Part shown: in pieces, positions 59,145-64,000 of the stretch
Layout: every line of letters begins with the position of its first letter
How positions within the stretch are numbered: position 1 is the first letter of the stretch
Assembly: GCA_963827165.1 (NCBI GenBank)
Contig: CAWGZR010000005.1
Coordinates: forward strand, 576,001-640,000
Length of the DNA stretch: 64,000 nt
From: Candidatus Bathyarchaeota archaeon
GTDB taxonomy: Archaea; Thermoproteota; Bathyarchaeia; Bathyarchaeales; Bathycorpusculaceae
Direction: 5' to 3'
Translations under genes and position numbers: made by a program
The notes under the pieces: generated by a model
Database searches by the model: none
What the model saw: the letters and a program-made list of their open reading frames with translations, nothing else
What the model was told of the DNA's origin: nothing

Positions 59145-60891
59145 ATGCGAAATATTGGCAAAGTGTTAACTATAATAGTTTTAATGATGATAGCGTGTCT
59201 TGGAACAACCCGCGTAGCCAGGGCACATGCTAATGTAACGTTCAATTTAACTTTTCAAGCTACAAATGGAGGAACAATATCAGCAACCTACGTAACAGAT
59301 TGAGTTCAATACAGCTTATCTACAGTGACGTCAGCAACAGTGCAAGCCGATAATGGCAGTCCAATATATGTCACAGCAAATCCCACTCCTGGCTATCATT
59401 TTGCAAGCATGAACGATACTGAGCCTTATGACGCAATGTGGGGCGTTAACTCAGTAGAAGTTGACCAATCATAACACTTTAGCGTTACAACTACAAATCC
59501 AAACGAGGTGGATGCCAATACAAACATGTACATATACGTCAACTTTGCCCCGAATCCAAAATTCACGGAAAGATTCATAGCAGTTCCATCAAACGGTGGG
59601 ACCATAACTCCAATCGGGACAGGTCGATATCTTGAAAACAGTTGGCAGGCACTAACAGCTACTCCAGGAGTTGGCTATCGCTTTGTACACTGGATTAATA
59701 ATGATGAAGACGACTCGCCCTTCTCAACACCAGCAACAGAACTTGATAACAGCACAGCCGACTACGACATAACATCCTTAGCCGACACCACAATGTTGAT
59801 CGGATCGCCCATGACCATATGGGCAATCTTTGCACCCAGCCAAACGTCAACCACTACAACAGTAACTTGCTTGCCCAATCCCGTATCGACCAATTCACCG
59901 ATCACTTTCACAGCCACCGTTGCAGGATCAGGATCCAATCCAACTGGAACAATAACTTGGAGTTCAAGCAGCAGCACGGGACATTTTAGTTCCATTCAAA
60001 CATCTTCGACAAACGGTGTTGCAACAGTAACCTATACTGATTCAAGCGCTGGCTCCCCAACCATTATTGCATCCTACGGTGGAGATTCATTTAACACTGC
60101 CAGCAGTGGACAAGCGACGATAATGATAAACCCGTCTTCAACCACAACATCAATTACATCATCCCAATCTGCCAATGCAGGGCAAATAGTCACTTTTACC
60201 GTTAACATAGCAGGCAACAACCCTACAGGAACCATAACTTGGAGTTCAACAAGCTCCACTGGAGTTTTCACGTCAACCCAAACCACTCTTATAAATGGAG
60301 CCGCATCTGTAACGTACTCTGTACACAAAACAGGGCACTGACCCCATTAAGGCAACCTAGCGGAGACTCAAACAACAACCCAAGCAGCCAAACCACAACC
60401 GTAACAATAACTCATGCAGCAATCGCAAGCATTGCAGTATCTCCGCAAACCATATCCATCACAAACGGATGCTCCGTTGCCTACACCGCAACAGCTTTTG
60501 ACTCCTATGGTAATAGCTGGGGCGTCTCTTCGGTAGCAAACTGGGGCATTACTGCAGCAGCCGGAGGCTTATGGACAAACAACCCAGTATACATCAGCTT
60601 ACATGGGAAACTGGGTAGTCACCCCTTCAAGCCAAGGCGTACAAGATTCAGCACAATTACAAGTATATTACACAATCGACTTTTACCATACAGGCACAGT
60701 TGGCTTCAGCGACCTTGTCTACTTTCGTCAATGCTTACATCAACTACTATCAATCTGGCGTGCTTAACCCAGCCTGCGACTTGAACCATGATGGAGCTAT
60801 TAACTTCAGCGACATAGTTCTGTTTGTAGCCCTCTACCAATCAGCTCTTCAAACAACTAAAACCAGGGGCAAACACGAACAAATAGGTTAA
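59145..60891 (+). pseudogene. Secreted Big-3/Ig-repeat + dockerin protein, disrupted
   Basis: Signal peptide from ATG 59145; in-frame TGA 59301 and TAA 59472; frameshifts after about 60320; ASYGGDS Ig motif; NPACDLNHDGAINFSD. Confidence 0.8.
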
Positions 60892-60963
60892 AGCAAAAGT
60901 AGAAAACTTTTTTTCCTATTATTATAAACTAAATAATTGTCTGCAAGAACTATTTAGTTAACC

Positions 60964-61038
60964 TTTTCTAAGGTGGCAAATATCAAATATTGCCCTTTCT
61001 AAGTTACGCCTTGGAGAAAGCGGAGAAGCAGATGAGGG
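60964..61038 (+). repeat. About 77-bp degenerate direct repeat (promoter-SD-start relic), copy 2
   Basis: Aligns to 45307..45384; followed by an 11-codon stub MRDKFSHVILL. Confidence 0.7.
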
Positions 61039-61169
61039 ACAAGTTTAGTCATGTTATCTTATTATGATTGCAATAACAGAATTTTTCCTTAATTGTACAA
61101 CCTGCACGTAAATTCTTATATCTATTGACACAATAAAAATGTAATATTAACTTTAGCGAGAGAGATAAA

Positions 61170-61982
61170 ATGGCAAAAACAAAGACCTTGCTGATTTCTG
61201 GCTTCATACTACTTCTCTTTGTCAGTCTATTACCTTTGATGCACATAGCAAACGCTGCGTTTACACCTGCTTTATCGTCAACAGCTCAAACCGAGACAAC
61301 CGTAACACTTTCGTGGACAAAATCTAACGATGCGGTTTTTTATTCTTATTATGTAGCCTATTCAACCTCAATAAATGGGCCGTTCAACGATGCAGCAATC
61401 ATAGCCAATTCAAGCCTAACGACCTTCGCTGTCCCATTTCTCACGCAAAACACAACTTACTATTTCGTAGTTAAAGACCAGGGTTCAGACGGAGAGAACG
61501 CTTCCACATCGTTATCTAACATATGTCAAGCCAACACAAAAAACGCCCCAACTCTTTTCCTCATCGGATCCACATCGACCATGATAAGTTTAGGATGGAC
61601 TGACTATAACACTTACACATCAGAAATGCCCTTTTACGGCTTCGCTATTAATATGAGTACAGGCGGCGGACAATTTCAAACTTTAACTGTCTCAAACAAC
61701 GCTACGCAAAATACCTACACAGTTAAAAATCTGGTTCCAGGAACATCGTATCAGTTTCTAGCGTACGACGAAGTAGGGCCTTATGGACGGTATCAAACCG
61801 CGACAAATAACCTGACAGCAAGCACGACACCTGCCTCATCCACCCCTGAATCGACACCTACCCCAACCATCCCCGAATTTCCAACGCCAGTTGTTTTGAT
61901 ATCGCTAATAATGGTAATTTCGATTGCTGCATCGGGTTTAACTGTGAAAAAACAAAATAGCCGCAAACTCCGAAAACTCTAA
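61170..61982 (+). CDS. Fibronectin type III protein with PEF-CTERM sorting signal
   Basis: Two FN3 repeats (VTLSWT...LTQNTTYYF; LVPGTSYQF); IPEFP + TM + basic tail. Confidence 0.87.
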   Translation: MAKTKTLLISGFILLLFVSLLPLMHIANAAFTPALSSTAQTETTVTLSWTKSNDAVFYSYYVAYSTSINGPFNDAAIIANSSLTTFAVPFLTQNTTYYFVVKDQGSDGENASTSLSNICQANTKNAPTLFLIGSTSTMISLGWTDYNTYTSEMPFYGFAINMSTGGGQFQTLTVSNNATQNTYTVKNLVPGTSYQFLAYDEVGPYGRYQTATNNLTASTTPASSTPESTPTPTIPEFPTPVVLISLIMVISIAASGLTVKKQNSRKLRKL

Positions 61983-62047
61983 AAATGCTCTTTTCAACTT
62001 CCCTTGGATCTTAGCATCATGTCCGCAATAAAAGGGAAAAAACTTGA

Positions 62048-62832
62048 TTACCTAGGCTTCCTTCTTTTCCTTACCATCAGTATCAAAAGTGCCGATATTA
62101 CTACAACAGAAACACCAGCAATAACTTCCTCCGGAAAATAACTTGGCGCCACAAATGCATGTTCTTTCGCCCCTGCATTGTCGAACAAGGTTGCGGCATT
62201 CTGCAAATCTGCTGCCGCAGCTTGCCATTGATTCTGCTTAGCTAGTGAGGTCGCCTGATTATACGCATCCGTGGCGTTTTCAACCAGTGTTTTTGCCTCG
62301 GAGCTTTGATAATTTACTTTTTGGGCTTGAACCATTTGGTTCATGACTTGAGGTTGCAGCTGGTTGTAGGCTGCTTCTGCCGTGTAAACCTGAATTGTGA
62401 ACGTTGGTGAATTCCATGTGATGTTCTGGGGTGATTGTCCTTCTTGTGTTCCTTCAAAATGCACATTGTAAGTGTGAGAACTGGCGTTTACTTGAGGAGT
62501 AATGTAAAAAGCAGTCATAGGAAACGTGTAACTGCCTCTACTTCGAAGGTTTATTGAGATATTGAAGTCCTGGTAGAAGTAGGAATTTGCTTTGTTCCAG
62601 TCGAAATGAATCCCTATCATGTCAATTTGAATGTTTTGAGAACAATTGCTTACGAGAGTTATATTGGCTTGTCCGTAGTCTCCCGGGAAAAGGCTGTAGA
62701 GGGCCAGATGGTTGATGCTGAAACTTCATTTTGGTTAAAGGCGGTGGTTGGGGAGGCAAAAACGACGAATGCGCTTACCAATAATATAAATATTGAAAAG
62801 AGAATTGTTATCTCTATCTTTTTATTTCTCAA
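62048..62832 (-). pseudogene. Secreted, C-terminally anchored protein with one frameshift near 62690
   Basis: TTG at 62832 gives signal peptide MRNKKIEITILFSIFILL...; shifted frame PGDYGQANITL...MIGIHFDW; C-terminal TM + RKRRK. Confidence 0.7.
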
Positions 62833-63210
62833 ATTTCCCCTCTCATCGAAGTTTAGGTTCAGCCTACTATTCCTCTTTCTCTTAAATAAATGCGTTTGTT
62901 CCGGTAAAGAGAACAGTTAGCCGTTAATTTTTTCCAAAATGCAACAATTCTGGGTGCTATTTTGATTAGAACAAAATTTGAAACGTGCTTACAAAAAAAA
63001 CCATATGTCCATAAGCAGACTAGCTTCGACAGAAATCCGCCTAAAGAAACTCAAATTCCACTAAAAACAAGCTTTCACAAAAAAAAAAACTCGATTTATA
63101 CGCCATTAAAAATAAACATCAAACCAACAACAAAATCATCTTTATATAACAAGAAAACTCATCGAACAGCACCCCTAAATAACCCGATCCTAAAGCATTT
63201 TATACGGCGA

Positions 63211-63999
63211 CTAAACAGATATTTTAGCCCACTCTTTCTCCAAAGCACACAAAAAACCATTGAAGTCTTCAGACAAACATCTCTTAAAACTAAGCCTACG
63301 TCTAAAGCTCCTGATCTCCCCAAAACATCGACGAAAATCCATATACTCAACAAATCGTAGCTTAACAAGCATTTGAACCTCAGAAACAGAATCATCAAGC
63401 AACGCAACATAAGCGCCATAACGAACAATATAGCCTTGGCAACTAGCTCTTCCAGTAGTTTTCCGATGAGCAATCTTTAGCTTACGATTAAAACGCTCCA
63501 AATCATTATTGGTTCGGGGAATCTCCCGATGGTCATAGTGATGAAACAGCCCCTCCCAATAACTAGCAGCAAACCTGAGAATATTACAAATAGCCATCCT
63601 TTCCTCTCGCCTCTTAAAATGCAGCTTCGTTAACTTCTCAAAGAACAGCAACATATCCGCTTCCACTTTCTCTGAATTGGCATCTTGTTTAAGTATGGCG
63701 TTAGCCTCAAAAATCAGCGTATACAACCGCTTAATTCGCCCATATTGCAGCTTGAGCGCATCAACAATCGAGAGTTTTCTTAGAAGCTTTTCAAGATCTG
63801 GGTTTGGATGAACTTTGTTGTCAAGTTCTAGTGAATGCTGAATCCTCTTAAGCCTGCGATAAAGCTTCAAACCGCCAGGTTCAAGCGGGTAGCATCCGTC
63901 ATCCTGCAACGCAAACCTGATGGCTCTGCAGTATTGAAAAATTAGCTGGTTTGTGTTGTCACTTTGGCAAGCTGCCTGTTTCTCAATTGATTTTATGCC
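63211..63999 (-). mobile_element. DDE-type transposase, C-terminal part (IS family unassigned; frame open to window end)
   Basis: YWEGLFHHYD...IPRTNNDLERFNRKLK..RKTTGR catalytic-Glu motif. Confidence 0.8.
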
Positions 64000-64000
64000 T

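Noticed and set aside
59301-59303. Selenocysteine or other readthrough of the in-frame TGA
   Set aside because: A TAA follows in the same frame, then frameshifts; context is not a Cys-type site
62962-63473. 132-aa and 104-aa ORFs
   Set aside because: A-rich low-complexity sequence or overlap with the transposase
31860-64000. tRNA-Gly as integration site of an island carrying the polyP and surface clusters
   Set aside because: No integrase and no duplicated tRNA 3' end found by eye in the window

Overview
Archaeal chromosomal window, most likely Bathyarchaeia (inferred from the archaeal cdhABCDE cluster, Ftr homolog, PEF-CTERM and dockerin/cohesin proteins, and no mcr genes). Five blocks. 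(1) 1-12.3 kb: metal/redox cluster (thioredoxin, OsmC, NifB/NifX, Cys-tailed Lrp, CopA, TRASH, ferredoxins). (2) 11-20.2 kb: two CooC ATPases and the ACDS operon cdhABCDE. (3) 21.2-31.9 kb: de novo purine genes purF-purD and purM-purS-purL-purQ plus tRNA-Gly(CCC). No GAR transformylase (purN/purT) is present. Instead an EhaR/EhaS(FtrII)/EhaT-like trio (HAD phosphatase, formyltransferase, PfkB kinase) is translationally coupled to purD. This is the best candidate for an undescribed system: an H4MPT/methanofuran-linked route for purine step 3. (4) 32.9-44.2 kb: polyphosphate cluster (ppk1, ppk2, ppx, CYTH, two CHAD-metallophosphoesterase-HD fusions, a GIY-YIG-like protein with a Lys-rich tail). 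(5) 45.3-62.8 kb: cell-surface cluster of five dockerin-bearing and two cohesin-bearing secreted proteins with shared promoter motifs, two PIG-V-like mannosyltransferases and several pseudogenes. A partial transposase ends the window. All calls come from reading motifs by eye; no database searches were run.
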